Source: Candidatus Bathyarchaeia archaeon
GTDB taxonomy: Archaea; Thermoproteota; Bathyarchaeia; Bathyarchaeales; Bathycorpusculaceae
NCBI GenBank assembly: GCA_038727135.1
Contig: JAVYWL010000003.1
Span: 32,001-96,000, forward strand
DNA: 64,000 bases
Reading direction: 5' to 3'
Part shown: in pieces, positions 10,310 through 20,487 of the stretch
Layout of the letters: the number at the start of each line of letters is the position of its first letter
How positions within the stretch are numbered: position 1 is the first letter of the stretch
The notes under the pieces: model-generated
Database searches by the model: none
Told to the model about the DNA's origin: nothing
What the model saw: only the letters and a program-made list of their open reading frames with translations
Position numbers and translations under genes: made by a program

Positions 10310-11206
10310 TTGACGGCTTCAAGGAAGCTCTATTATTTTCTTTTCGCTGTTGCCATACTTGTTTTGCTTTGGATTTTAACCCTTCCAGCCATACTGCCAG
10401 AAGATATACGCAAGGCGTACTTAACCTACTTCAACATTATCAGGGCGATAACAATTGTTGTTTTTGGAGCCTTAGCCCTTGAACTGGTGGCTTCGGTCAT
10501 AACTCGTAGGCTTAAACATTTGGGCAGAGAAGTATACCTCATTAGGAACGTTATCCTCGTCGTCGGTTATGTGGTTATTGGGCTTATGATTTTGGCGGTT
10601 TTTGAGGTGACGGGCATAACTGCAGTTGCAGGCGCCACCGTCTCCGGTCTCATAATTGGTTTGGGCTTACAGCCCATACTGGCGAACTTGTTTGCAGGCT
10701 TAATCATTCTTGGAACAGGCTTCCTCAGACCAGGAACAGAGGTGAAGATTTCTGGCGGTTTGCCACTGTCCGCTGTGGCTTTCCCAGCCTATAAAATGTT
10801 TAGCAGGGACGAGTTTATGCCAACATTGAGGGGAGTTGTGATGGAGGTGGGACTTCTCCACACTAAAATCTTGTCTGACGGCGGAGAAATTGTGAAAATC
10901 CCCAACAATTTGGCTTTCTCCAACAGCGTTGTCATGGAGGAGAAGGAAGAGCCAAAAACAGTCCGCGTGCGATACGAGTTTCCAGTGGAATACGACCCAG
11001 ACAATGTGCTGGCTAAACTCCAGAAGGCTTTAGGCAAAAGCTTCCAAGATTTTAGGGTTTACGTCGAAGAGCAAAGCGACAAAAACTACTACATCGTCCT
11101 AGTAGTGGCAAAAACCCCACCAAACGTGAAAGTGAGAGAGTTCCGGTCAGAAATCCTGAAACAAATAATAAAGGTTCACAGAGAGCTGAACAAAGAGCAA
11201 AAGTAA
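10310..11206 (+). CDS. Small-conductance mechanosensitive channel (MscS family)
   Basis: TM helices, GLGLQPILANLFAG, VKIPNN. Confidence 0.85.
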   Translation: MTASRKLYYFLFAVAILVLLWILTLPAILPEDIRKAYLTYFNIIRAITIVVFGALALELVASVITRRLKHLGREVYLIRNVILVVGYVVIGLMILAVFEVTGITAVAGATVSGLIIGLGLQPILANLFAGLIILGTGFLRPGTEVKISGGLPLSAVAFPAYKMFSRDEFMPTLRGVVMEVGLLHTKILSDGGEIVKIPNNLAFSNSVVMEEKEEPKTVRVRYEFPVEYDPDNVLAKLQKALGKSFQDFRVYVEEQSDKNYYIVLVVAKTPPNVKVREFRSEILKQIIKVHRELNKEQK

Positions 11207-11516
11207 TCATAAGTGTTCCGCCGCCATTTTTTGGAAATATACAATTTAGGAAGCTTTCAATTGTTAAATTGATAGCCCCTCTATAGATTTTTGGCTTATT
11301 GATTGATAGCTATTCTTCCATGAAAGGTTTTGCACTATAGTAAGACGCGCCCGCTCCCATGAGGAATATGATGAAAGCTATTATTAATACGAATCACTGG
11401 TTCTAAAAACAGCTAACAGTATCGCGAAAGTCATTAGGAAAAGGGCGAGTATCATTATGGGCACTTTGCGGGTGCGGATATAAGCGTTCCAAACCAAGCG
11501 CACGCACCATTAAAAC

Positions 11517-11921
11517 TTATGGTGGTGGTCTTTTTTGTGCGTATCGGTATCTTCGGGGTTTTCCGTCTCTTGTTAGGATGCCGTCTTTAACTAGGTCTAT
11601 TAGGGCGTGGGCTACCGCCGTCCGGTCGTAGTGGAACCCGCGTTTTGCCATTTCGCTATGGACTTCGCTTAGGGTTTTTGGTGTGGCGAACCAGCCTTCT
11701 TCCCATAGTTTTTGTATGACTCCTTTGCATGTTTCTGCTCTTGGGGGTGGTGGTTGGCGTTCTGTTAGGGCTAGTGGCGCCTGTTTCAGTTTTTCTGTTA
11801 CCGTTGATAGTATGCGGTCCACTGCTGCTTGTAGTTGTTCTTCTTGGCATTCTATTTCGAATTCTATGTCACCTACTCGCATTTTTACTCGTATGGGTGG
11901 TTTTTGTGGTGGTTGTGTCAA
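11517..11921 (-). CDS. Hypothetical winged-helix protein (paralog 4)
   Basis: RVKMRVGDIEFEIE; EGWFATPKTLSEV...LIDLVKDGILTR; TTG start behind an AGGTGA RBS. Confidence 0.75.
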   Translation of the reverse strand: MTQPPQKPPIRVKMRVGDIEFEIECQEEQLQAAVDRILSTVTEKLKQAPLALTERQPPPPRAETCKGVIQKLWEEGWFATPKTLSEVHSEMAKRGFHYDRTAVAHALIDLVKDGILTRDGKPRRYRYAQKRPPP

Positions 11922-12011
11922 TTTTTCACCTTGTTGAATATTGAATTGTGCATCTTGTTCATGCACAACACTTATATATCCCTGCCGCCAACAACTGCAT
12001 GTTGGTGAATC

Positions 12012-13109
12012 TTGGTGATTGAACAATACACTATAACAGCAACACCAAAATATAATTTTCCACAATCAACCATGGACTTAACGCTACCCCAACGCTTCAT
12101 AGAACTAAGCCTCCACTCACTAAAACACATGCAAAACCAAACCTTTCAACTAAACCAACAAACAATTCAACAAACCGCCAACAACCCAAGCCAAGAACCC
12201 CTATACGCCATTCTAAACAACAGCCTAAAACCCATACCACTAACACCAAGGACAGAGGAAACAACAATAGCCGCGGTGGACACATCAAGCATCAAGCTGG
12301 GCGAAACAAGCACAGGAATAATAACAGCCATCCGCGGAACATGCATATGGAAAAGGGGCAAAAGCTACGCTTATCTGCGCATAGGACCCTTCATATTCCA
12401 CATAACAGAAGAAAATCTAAAAGATGTTTATAGGGCGTTGCAAGCCGCCTATTTCCCAGAGCAAGGCGAAAGCCAAGGCACACCAAACATTATGCAGACA
12501 CCAGTGCGGATGGCAAACCTACTGGAAAAGTGGCTCCAACAAACCCTAACAAAAACCGTCAGTAATGGGCTAATACTTTTTGACGGCTCTTTGACGGCGG
12601 GAACACCAGACACACCGACAAGCCAGCTGAAGGAAATCCTAAACAATGCCAGGGCGGCGGGCAACACTGTTTTGGCTTTTTCAAAAATGACCACTTTAAG
12701 GTTTAATGGCTACCTAATAACTGACACGCTAATAACCCAAAAACCTCCATGCATAATCGCCATCCCAAACATCAAGCCTAAACCGCCAACAGTTCTGCTG
12801 GGCGAAGTTTATGTAGCGAAATTAACACGAGGGAACTGCACCTTTAGGCTTGACATAGATAAGGAAACACCACCAGAAAAACGAGTGGAGGCTGTTGAAA
12901 GGCTCATTGGAAACGACTTGGTGACGCAGAGCTATCCGGAAACCCTACGTTTAGCGCATATCCTCTGCACTTTTACGGCAAACGAGGTCATAGCCATGCA
13001 ACACTTTATCCAGCACCGTTACCGCCTGAAAATCATCGAGCGTCCAGACATGCACCGGCTTTTGTTCGGACCCTTTGGGAAGGGGGAAAGCCACAGTGAG
13101 GCTTTATAA
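12012..13109 (+). CDS. nurA: NurA-like nuclease
   Basis: AAVDTS, ILFDGSL, YPETLRLAH motifs; start uncertain (ATG 12072 also plausible). Confidence 0.75.
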   Translation: MVIEQYTITATPKYNFPQSTMDLTLPQRFIELSLHSLKHMQNQTFQLNQQTIQQTANNPSQEPLYAILNNSLKPIPLTPRTEETTIAAVDTSSIKLGETSTGIITAIRGTCIWKRGKSYAYLRIGPFIFHITEENLKDVYRALQAAYFPEQGESQGTPNIMQTPVRMANLLEKWLQQTLTKTVSNGLILFDGSLTAGTPDTPTSQLKEILNNARAAGNTVLAFSKMTTLRFNGYLITDTLITQKPPCIIAIPNIKPKPPTVLLGEVYVAKLTRGNCTFRLDIDKETPPEKRVEAVERLIGNDLVTQSYPETLRLAHILCTFTANEVIAMQHFIQHRYRLKIIERPDMHRLLFGPFGKGESHSEAL

Positions 13110-14574
13110 AAAAGAGGGCAACATAGTCCAAATCCTAAGCTTCCCGAATGAAACCGCAGAAAAAGGCGATTACCTACTAATTGAAGATGCCGAATCCCAA
13201 AAAGCCCTAATAGTCCAAGTAATAGATATACAATTCGCAAACATACCAGGCGTCTTGGAAGAGCTTTTACGCAGTCTCCCAGACGGCGGCGAAATAATCC
13301 AAGGCGAAGATGTTGATCCGCTGGAAATAGCGCCCCACATAACCTACATACAAGATTCTAAGCTTTTAATCTGCAAGATTCGCGCAACGGTTGAGGGCGG
13401 CGAAAGCCTAAGCCCAAGCAGTTCCTGGCTTCCATCCCGGTCGCAGTCCACCATCAAAAGGCTTCCAATTTCAACTTTGCTAAAGCTGGCAAGGGTGGAC
13501 GGAAAACTCCCAATAGTTTTAGGCACCACAAAAGAGGCTTCGCTTCTAACCGTGGATGCTTCAGCCTTGGATGGACGCCTAAACATAATAACTGGCAAAA
13601 AGGAGACAGGCAAGTCGCACCTTTCAAAGTTATTAATAACAGCGCTGCTTCACTACGGCGCCACGGTCGTCGTCTTAGACCTGAACGGCGAGTATGCGGG
13701 TTTGGGCATGACTTCAGATGGGAAAAGAAACGCCTACTACCATAAGGTTCATGTTTTGACGCCTTCCCAAAACTTTAAGGTTGCCCTAAAACAGCTCCAT
13801 CTCAACGAGCTAATGAATATTCTTATTCACGCATTGCACCTGCCTGGAACATCAGCCCGCGAGTTTCGCCGGATATGGCAGTCTTTAAGGGAGCGGAACG
13901 CCCTAACCCTCAACGAGCTTGGGGAAGCCATCCGCAACTGGCACTGCAACCAGAACGTACGTGACGCGCTTTTTTCACGCTATTATGCTATGGTTAATTC
14001 CGGCTTTTTCACAGACAACATGGCAGAAGCCACACTTTTGGAGGAGTGCTTGTCAAAGGCAAAAGATGAAGGCGGAGCCATAATAATCAATCTTCGGGAC
14101 ACATCCACCATTGATAGGCAAATAGTTGTGGAGTATCTTCTCGGAAAACTTGTCGAGCTATTATCAAGTTGGAGGCTTAGGGCTGTTTTCCTATTCGCCG
14201 AGGAAGCCCACCTATATCTGCGGGAAACCTACTGGGACGACATTGTAACTCGGATGCGCCACTACGGCATATTCACAACCTTCATAACAAACCAGCCCGA
14301 CACAATACGGGAAAACATTTACCGCCAAGCAGACAACATATTCCTCTTCAACTTCACCAACGAACACGACCTAGAAACAGTCTCCCGCGCGGCACGAGTA
14401 GACGCGGAAACAGTAAAATCCATAGCCATGGACCTGCCGCCCCATCACTGCCTAGTGCTCGGCAAAATTGTAAAAGACTTCCCAATAGTCGTTAAAGTCC
14501 GAGCCTTAGACGTAAAAACTATGGGGGAAACCCGCCTATTCTTCACAGACGCAAAAATCAAGAACACGAATTAA
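13096..14574 (+). CDS. herA: HerA/FtsK-family ATPase (DUF87)
   Basis: Walker A GKKETGKS, DLNGEY, Walker B FAEEAH, RMRHYG, ITNQP; overlaps nurA. Confidence 0.8.
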   Translation: MRLYKKEGNIVQILSFPNETAEKGDYLLIEDAESQKALIVQVIDIQFANIPGVLEELLRSLPDGGEIIQGEDVDPLEIAPHITYIQDSKLLICKIRATVEGGESLSPSSSWLPSRSQSTIKRLPISTLLKLARVDGKLPIVLGTTKEASLLTVDASALDGRLNIITGKKETGKSHLSKLLITALLHYGATVVVLDLNGEYAGLGMTSDGKRNAYYHKVHVLTPSQNFKVALKQLHLNELMNILIHALHLPGTSAREFRRIWQSLRERNALTLNELGEAIRNWHCNQNVRDALFSRYYAMVNSGFFTDNMAEATLLEECLSKAKDEGGAIIINLRDTSTIDRQIVVEYLLGKLVELLSSWRLRAVFLFAEEAHLYLRETYWDDIVTRMRHYGIFTTFITNQPDTIRENIYRQADNIFLFNFTNEHDLETVSRAARVDAETVKSIAMDLPPHHCLVLGKIVKDFPIVVKVRALDVKTMGETRLFFTDAKIKNTN

Positions 14575-15007
14575 GCTTTTCAAGCCTTGGCATGTTCCGC
14601 TGGAGGAAAGCTCTCAAAGTCTTTGTCAAATCGTATTTTTCCGCCTCAGCCAAAGGAACCCAGCGGAGTTCTGCGGCGTCGTCCGCCGCCCGCATTTCTC
14701 CACCCTTAAGCTTCACAAAATAGTCTATTATGACGAAGTGGTATTTCACCTCGCCATTTTCGTCTCGGACAATATTGTCAACAACATCAATAAGCTCCGG
14801 ATCAGCCACAACTAGCCCTGTCTCCTCCTTAACCTCGCGGATAACGGCGTCTTCCGCCCTCTCACCAAGCTCCACCAAACCGCCAGGAACACTCCACTTA
14901 CCCCTACCAGGCTCGCCCTTACGCTTTTCCAACAAAATTTTCCCGTCACAGATTATTATGGCTCCTACGCCGACCACCGGTTGGCTTGGATAAAAGCGCC
15001 GAACCAC
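14558..15007 (-). CDS. NUDIX hydrolase
   Basis: Nudix box GGLVELGE...REVKEETG. Confidence 0.92.
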   Translation of the reverse strand: MVRRFYPSQPVVGVGAIIICDGKILLEKRKGEPGRGKWSVPGGLVELGERAEDAVIREVKEETGLVVADPELIDVVDNIVRDENGEVKYHFVIIDYFVKLKGGEMRAADDAAELRWVPLAEAEKYDLTKTLRAFLQRNMPRLEKLNSCS

Positions 15008-15053
15008 GCCAAAACCCTTTCACGCATTATTCCCTTTTAATTCTTAAACTTTC

Positions 15054-16487
15054 CTATACAACAGGCGTGTAAGGATGCCAAACCCTTCTAGGCTCCTCGC
15101 CTATTAAGGCTAGCTCTTTATCCTTTGTTACCGCTACAAAAAGAGCCATTGTGGTAGTAATGAGGGAAGGAAGCCCAGCACATTGTGTGATACTTGCAAG
15201 ATTCATTGTCTTTGAATTTAATTCGAATTTATATGTAATAGGATCACTTTTTGTTATATGCAATATTCCCCCAGAAACATATCCTCTAACTGCCCGCGTT
15301 ATTAAACTTCCATTTCCATAATTTAAAAAGCCATCGCTATCATATTTCCCAACAAAGTCTATTATTGCAGTACTAACATTGACTGTTATAGTAAAACTAT
15401 TGACCGTAACATTTACTGGCAGTTCACCACTCCAGTTGCGAATACTTACTTCATCGTCAGCTCTATCAGCGTTGTAAAGTAAATGTGCAGCATTTAATCT
15501 ATAAAATAAAATCCTAGTTTCGCTTGCTGATATGCTAGTGATCTGGGATTCGATGCTATACAATGATATGCCTACGCTATCAGTGTACGCTATTCCATTG
15601 CATGTGTATTGTACGGTCACCCACTTTGCATTATCGTGACTTGCCAACCCAGTTGAGGCATAGGCTGTGCCAAGAAGCAACGCAACCAAAAGCACAGCGA
15701 TTATTATTTTTGTTGTTTGTCCTAAACCGGCTGGTTTGACTGGTGCGGGTGTAAAAACTATGTAGGTTGGGAAGGCGGTTTGCCTTGCAAGCTTAAATTG
15801 GGTGAGCTTTTCTTTGCTGGCTACCAGCGGCAGCAATGCGATGCCTGCTATGAAGCCTCCCGCGTGGGCGAAGACCGCTGTGCTTCCACTTAGCCTGAAG
15901 TAGCCGTAAATCACTTGGGTTGCAAACCAGAAGAGGAGGTAGTAGGCAGCCTTCAACCTAAAAAACATTGGGAAGTATAGGAAGAACCACCCCATAACCA
16001 GCGATGTGCCGGGAAAAAGGATTAAGTATGCGCCTAAAACTCCGCTTATGGCTCCCGAGGCGCCTATGGCTGGAATCACGTAGGCTGTTGCTCCGCCTAG
16101 GAAGCTGAAGGCTGTGTGGAATATGGAGGCAACTATGCCAGAAACCATGTATAGGGCTAGGAAACGCCATCTTCCAAGGGCTTCTTCAACGGCTCTTCCA
16201 AAAATGTAGAGGAAGTACATGTTGAATAGGATGTGGAAAAAGTCTGCATGCAGAAACATTGAGGAGAAAATCCTATACCATTGGGTTGGCATCGGCGTAA
16301 GCGCTGGAACGAAGCCTCCAGCGCTTACCCAGTAGTCGCTTACTTCTAGAAAAATTTTCTCATAGGATGTTATGGCGTAAACCGCAATGTTAATCACTAT
16401 TATGGCAAGCGTAGCCACCGGTCTCTTTTTAAACTGGGATAGGTCTCCCATTGGTATGCCAAGGCTTCTTTTTAAAGCATCTGCCAA
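15054..16487 (-). CDS. Rhomboid intramembrane serine protease with C-terminal extension
   Basis: SMFLH, HILFNM, GASG, AHAGG; extra TM helix and extracellular domain. Confidence 0.88.
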   Translation of the reverse strand: MADALKRSLGIPMGDLSQFKKRPVATLAIIVINIAVYAITSYEKIFLEVSDYWVSAGGFVPALTPMPTQWYRIFSSMFLHADFFHILFNMYFLYIFGRAVEEALGRWRFLALYMVSGIVASIFHTAFSFLGGATAYVIPAIGASGAISGVLGAYLILFPGTSLVMGWFFLYFPMFFRLKAAYYLLFWFATQVIYGYFRLSGSTAVFAHAGGFIAGIALLPLVASKEKLTQFKLARQTAFPTYIVFTPAPVKPAGLGQTTKIIIAVLLVALLLGTAYASTGLASHDNAKWVTVQYTCNGIAYTDSVGISLYSIESQITSISASETRILFYRLNAAHLLYNADRADDEVSIRNWSGELPVNVTVNSFTITVNVSTAIIDFVGKYDSDGFLNYGNGSLITRAVRGYVSGGILHITKSDPITYKFELNSKTMNLASITQCAGLPSLITTTMALFVAVTKDKELALIGEEPRRVWHPYTPVV

Positions 16488-16554
16488 TTCGCAACTGCCT
16501 CTGCGCTAAATATTCACACATAGCCTATATAATTTGTATGCTAGGCGTGTTTGA

Positions 16555-17826
16555 CTATTCATATCTTAGGGCTTCCACAGGCTTAAGTCTGGAGGCTCTC
16601 CATGCTGGGTAAAGTCCGAAGAGAACGCTAACTAGTAAGCCGAAGGCTATGGCGCCGAAAAGTACCGTGGGCGTTAAAACTGGCGATATTGTTATTCCGT
16701 TGGCAAATGTCGCTTGGCCTCCTTGGCGTATGCCTCCGCCGACACCGCCTCCAGCACTGAAAACTCTCACTGCGACCTGGGCTATGCCCCATCCAGCTCC
16801 TACACCAATGACTGCGCCAAGCAAACCTATTATGGCTGCTTCTCCCAGGAATATTAGGAGCACTTGCCGGTTTTTCATTCCCAAGGCTTTTAGGATGCCT
16901 ATCTCCCTTGTGCGCTCCATTATTGAGACAATCATTATGTTCATTATGCCTATTCCAGCCACCAGCAACGATATGGCTGCAATTCCACCGAGAAAGATCT
17001 CCATGGTGGAGAAAACGTTGGATATTACGTTGAGGATAGCCGTCGAAGAGGTTACCGTGACTTGACCGCTGAAAGCGTCTCTTATAGCTTTTACAGCACT
17101 GTCAATAGTTTCTTTATCATAATTTTTTAGCTGCACAACTATCATTTCGCATTCTTCTGTTCCAAAGAAAGTTTGAGCCTGCGTTATTGGTATGTATATG
17201 CTTGTGTCTGATGGACCGCCAAAACTGAACCCTCCAATTTCTCTGAGGACAGCCACAACATTGCCCGTGTAAGTTTCGTTTTTGAATGGACGTGCAGTCG
17301 CGTTAGTCCAAATGATTTCAACACTGTCACCAGTTTTGCAGAAGAGTGTTCCGTTCCCCCACGGGTCACTGACGCGTTTTCCGACAACAACAGCGTCAAT
17401 TTCTGGATTTTGTGGAATTGTTCCCTCATCAGTTGTGAATAGGCTGCTGTAAATTTCAGCATATTTAGCATAATCAACGCCAACTATTGTGACCCGGCTT
17501 GTTTGTTCTCCAGCTTTTATGTAGCCGGTTCTAAGGATAACGGCAAGCGAAACATTGACGTTTTCACCGCCTACATCCTCTATTGTCTTTGTATCGTTTA
17601 TTAGAAGTTTGAATCCCGATTCGCTTCTTGCCGTGACTATTAGGGTGTTTGTTGCAAGATTTTTCTGGAGTTGGGTGGATATTGCCACCTGCAAGCCTTG
17701 GGTTATTGATAGCAACGCCACTATTGCGGCTATTCCTATGACGACGCCTAGGGTTGTTAAGCCAGCTCTGAGTTTGCGCAGTTTTATGGCGCTAAAAGCG
17801 TATGAGAATATGTCTGTTGGCTTCAC
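16555..17826 (-). CDS. ABC transporter permease, MacB/FtsX family
   Basis: ERTREIGILKALG, YPAWRASRLKPVEALRYE. Confidence 0.92.
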   Translation of the reverse strand: MKPTDIFSYAFSAIKLRKLRAGLTTLGVVIGIAAIVALLSITQGLQVAISTQLQKNLATNTLIVTARSESGFKLLINDTKTIEDVGGENVNVSLAVILRTGYIKAGEQTSRVTIVGVDYAKYAEIYSSLFTTDEGTIPQNPEIDAVVVGKRVSDPWGNGTLFCKTGDSVEIIWTNATARPFKNETYTGNVVAVLREIGGFSFGGPSDTSIYIPITQAQTFFGTEECEMIVVQLKNYDKETIDSAVKAIRDAFSGQVTVTSSTAILNVISNVFSTMEIFLGGIAAISLLVAGIGIMNIMIVSIMERTREIGILKALGMKNRQVLLIFLGEAAIIGLLGAVIGVGAGWGIAQVAVRVFSAGGGVGGGIRQGGQATFANGITISPVLTPTVLFGAIAFGLLVSVLFGLYPAWRASRLKPVEALRYE

Positions 17827-18512
17827 GCCCTATTCACCTTTTCATCCACTATGAGGCCGTCAAGCATTTGCACCGTTCTTTTCGCCTCCGCAGCCAAACG
17901 CTGGTCGTGGGTAACCATTATTACTGTTACGCCTAAATCCCTGTTCAATCCCTTTATGAGCTGAATTATTTCGTAAGCGTTTTTCGAATCTATGTTTCCA
18001 GTGGGCTCGTCCATGAGGAGAAAGCGTGGATTATTAGCCAAAGCTCTGGCTATCGCCACCCGTTGTTGTTCGCCTCCGCTTAGCTCTGCTGGCCTGTGCT
18101 CCATTCTGTCAGCCAATCCCACAAGTTTAAGAAGTTCTTCGGCTCTTTTCCGTCTAGCTTCCTTTCTTAATCCGGCAATAGCCATGGGAAGTTCCACATT
18201 CTGCCTAGCTGTGAACCTTGGAATCAAATTGAAAAATTGGAAGACAAAGCCTATTTTACGCCTTAAATCTGCCAGCTGCCCATCATTAAGGGTTGAAACG
18301 TCCACGCCTTCGATGAGAACTTTTCCGTCGGTTGGCTTGTCCAAAGCCCCTATAAGATTTAGGAGGGTTGATTTGCCACTTCCAGAGGGACCAAGAACAG
18401 ATAGGAATTCTCCTTCCTCAACTTTTAGGTTTACTCCTCTTAGGGCTTCCACTGGAACTTTGCCCAGCATATACACTTTCCTAAGGTTTACAGCCTCAAC
18501 AACCACAGTCAT
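17823..18512 (-). CDS. ABC transporter ATPase, LolD/MacB-like
   Basis: GPSGSGKS, LSGGEQQ, DEPTG. Confidence 0.93.
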   Translation of the reverse strand: MTVVVEAVNLRKVYMLGKVPVEALRGVNLKVEEGEFLSVLGPSGSGKSTLLNLIGALDKPTDGKVLIEGVDVSTLNDGQLADLRRKIGFVFQFFNLIPRFTARQNVELPMAIAGLRKEARRKRAEELLKLVGLADRMEHRPAELSGGEQQRVAIARALANNPRFLLMDEPTGNIDSKNAYEIIQLIKGLNRDLGVTVIMVTHDQRLAAEAKRTVQMLDGLIVDEKVNRA

Positions 18513-18529
18513 GGCTCTATTCCCTTATT

Positions 18530-19486
18530 TCACCTTGTTAGGTATCGCCACGCCAGCACCACTCCTAGAATGGATAGGACCGCTGCAAAAACGCCAAGAT
18601 AAGCGAAGTCCACTATTAGCTTAGAGGCGTCGAGTGGCAGTATGGTAAGCTGCCTAATGGCGTCTGTTAGGTATGTTAGCGGGTTTACGCTGGCTATGGC
18701 TTGCATCCAGTCCGGCATAAGCCTCGTTGGGAAGAAAGTGTTGCTGGCAAACATTAAAGGCATTGTTATTAGGCTTACAAACTGCATTGGACGTTCCATC
18801 CTGGTGGATCTTATGGAAAAAGCCAAGAAAACCGCTGAAAGCCCAACACCGAGGAGAAATATGGCTGCATAAACGCCTAAAATGTTGAGGATTGTGAAGG
18901 TACCGCTTAATTGTAGTCCCAGCAGATAGGCTAACGCCAAAATTACTGTGGCTTGAAACATCGCTCTAAAAGTTGCGTTGAAAATTTTTGCAAATATTAT
19001 GGCCGCCCTCGAGACTGGTGTGCTTATCACTTTGTCTAGAAAGCCTAGACGACGGTCCCAGACGATGGACATGCCGCTAAACATGGTCGTAGTCATAACA
19101 ATCATTGAAACCATGCCTACAGCCATAAAGCTGAAGTAGTCTGCAACGCCAAAAGTGTCCCGCATTATTTGTGACCCCATGTCAGCGAACATCTGCGAAA
19201 GCACTGTGCCATTAAGAACTACCGGTGTTGACGAAGGAGGAATGACAGCGCTGCCTGGAATGGGTATTGGTCCTTGCAGGTTTATGTTGTTGGCTGAGAA
19301 GAGTCCGCCTATATTCATGGACTTGCCCAGCAATCCCATCCATATAAGAGGTTGAAGCACAAACATTACAAGCATTACTGGGTCTTTGAGCCACTTTTTG
19401 AGTTCCCGGTAGGTTAAAGCCCACAATCCTCTCATAAGGTTTGGCTTGCACTCGTTGGTAACCGTTGGAGAAGCAGCCTCGCTCAT
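18530..19486 (-). CDS. ABC-2 type permease
   Basis: Six TM helices, NPLTY motif. Confidence 0.88.
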   Translation of the reverse strand: MSEAASPTVTNECKPNLMRGLWALTYRELKKWLKDPVMLVMFVLQPLIWMGLLGKSMNIGGLFSANNINLQGPIPIPGSAVIPPSSTPVVLNGTVLSQMFADMGSQIMRDTFGVADYFSFMAVGMVSMIVMTTTMFSGMSIVWDRRLGFLDKVISTPVSRAAIIFAKIFNATFRAMFQATVILALAYLLGLQLSGTFTILNILGVYAAIFLLGVGLSAVFLAFSIRSTRMERPMQFVSLITMPLMFASNTFFPTRLMPDWMQAIASVNPLTYLTDAIRQLTILPLDASKLIVDFAYLGVFAAVLSILGVVLAWRYLTR

Positions 19487-20487
19487 GTTTTCCTAGCCCT
19501 CCTCAAGTGGAGTCTTTGAGCCATAATCTCCATGCGGGACTCTTCCGTGTCGCGCATGGCTCTGCCAGTAAACTCCAGATAAACCTCGTTTAGGGTTGGC
19601 TCTGTAAGCGAAAGCCTCGTCACCGTGTAGCCCTTCTTCCTCAAAGCCTCAATTATTAGGGGAGCTGTTGCCTCGCCGTTTTCAGCCTTAATCCTATAGG
19701 CGCCGTTCTCGCTTCTAACCTCCTTAACATTTTCGACACTTTCGATTATGCTGGTTACGTCTGCATTCTCCTTTATGCTTATGGTGATTATGTCCCCGCC
19801 TAGGCTGTCCTTAAGCTCGCTCGGCGATCCGGTCACAACTATTTTTCCGTGGTCTATTATGGCTATGCGGTCGCAGAGGGCGTCAGCCTCCTCCAAATAA
19901 TGCGTGGTCATGAAAAGCGTCATGCCATACTCCTTCTTCAAACGGCGGATGTACTCCCAAGTGGCGGCTCGCGTCTGCACATCCAAGCCTAAGGTCGGCT
20001 CGTCCAAAAAGAGCACTTTAGGACGGTTAATAAGCCCGCATGCAAGCTCCAGTCTTCTGCGCATACCGCCAGAGTAGGTTTCAACTCGCTTATCCTTAAA
20101 CTCCGTCAGCTCCACAAGCTCCAGCAGTTCCAAGGCACGTTTTTTGGCAGTTTCCCGGGGAATCCCGTACAAGTCTGCACAGAGCATAATATTCTCGTAG
20201 CCGGTTAAGTCCTCATCCGCCGTATACTCTTGAGGAACAACGCCAATCACTTTTCGAACCTCGTTGGCTTGTTTAACAATGTCGTAGCCAAGCACTGAAG
20301 CAGTGCCTTCTGTCGGCTTCAGCACGGTTATCAGCATGTTTATCGTGGTGGTTTTTCCGGCGCCATTTGGACCCAGAAAGCCGAAGATTTCGCCGTCTCG
20401 GACGCTGAAGGTTACGTGGTCCACAGCCACTAGGCTCTTGTTAAAAACTTTCGTCAAGTTTTCAGCCCTAATCACTTCTTCCGTCAA
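19483..20487 (-). CDS. ABC transporter ATPase, DrrA-like
   Basis: GPNGAGKTT, YSGGMRRR, DEPT. Confidence 0.92.
   Translation of the reverse strand: MTEEVIRAENLTKVFNKSLVAVDHVTFSVRDGEIFGFLGPNGAGKTTTINMLITVLKPTEGTASVLGYDIVKQANEVRKVIGVVPQEYTADEDLTGYENIMLCADLYGIPRETAKKRALELLELVELTEFKDKRVETYSGGMRRRLELACGLINRPKVLFLDEPTLGLDVQTRAATWEYIRRLKKEYGMTLFMTTHYLEEADALCDRIAIIDHGKIVVTGSPSELKDSLGGDIITISIKENADVTSIIESVENVKEVRSENGAYRIKAENGEATAPLIIEALRKKGYTVTRLSLTEPTLNEVYLEFTGRAMRDTEESRMEIMAQRLHLRRARKT

Noticed and set aside
11290-11470. Possible degraded membrane-protein gene on the minus strand
   Set aside because: Only short hydrophobic fragments in shifting frames; too weak to call
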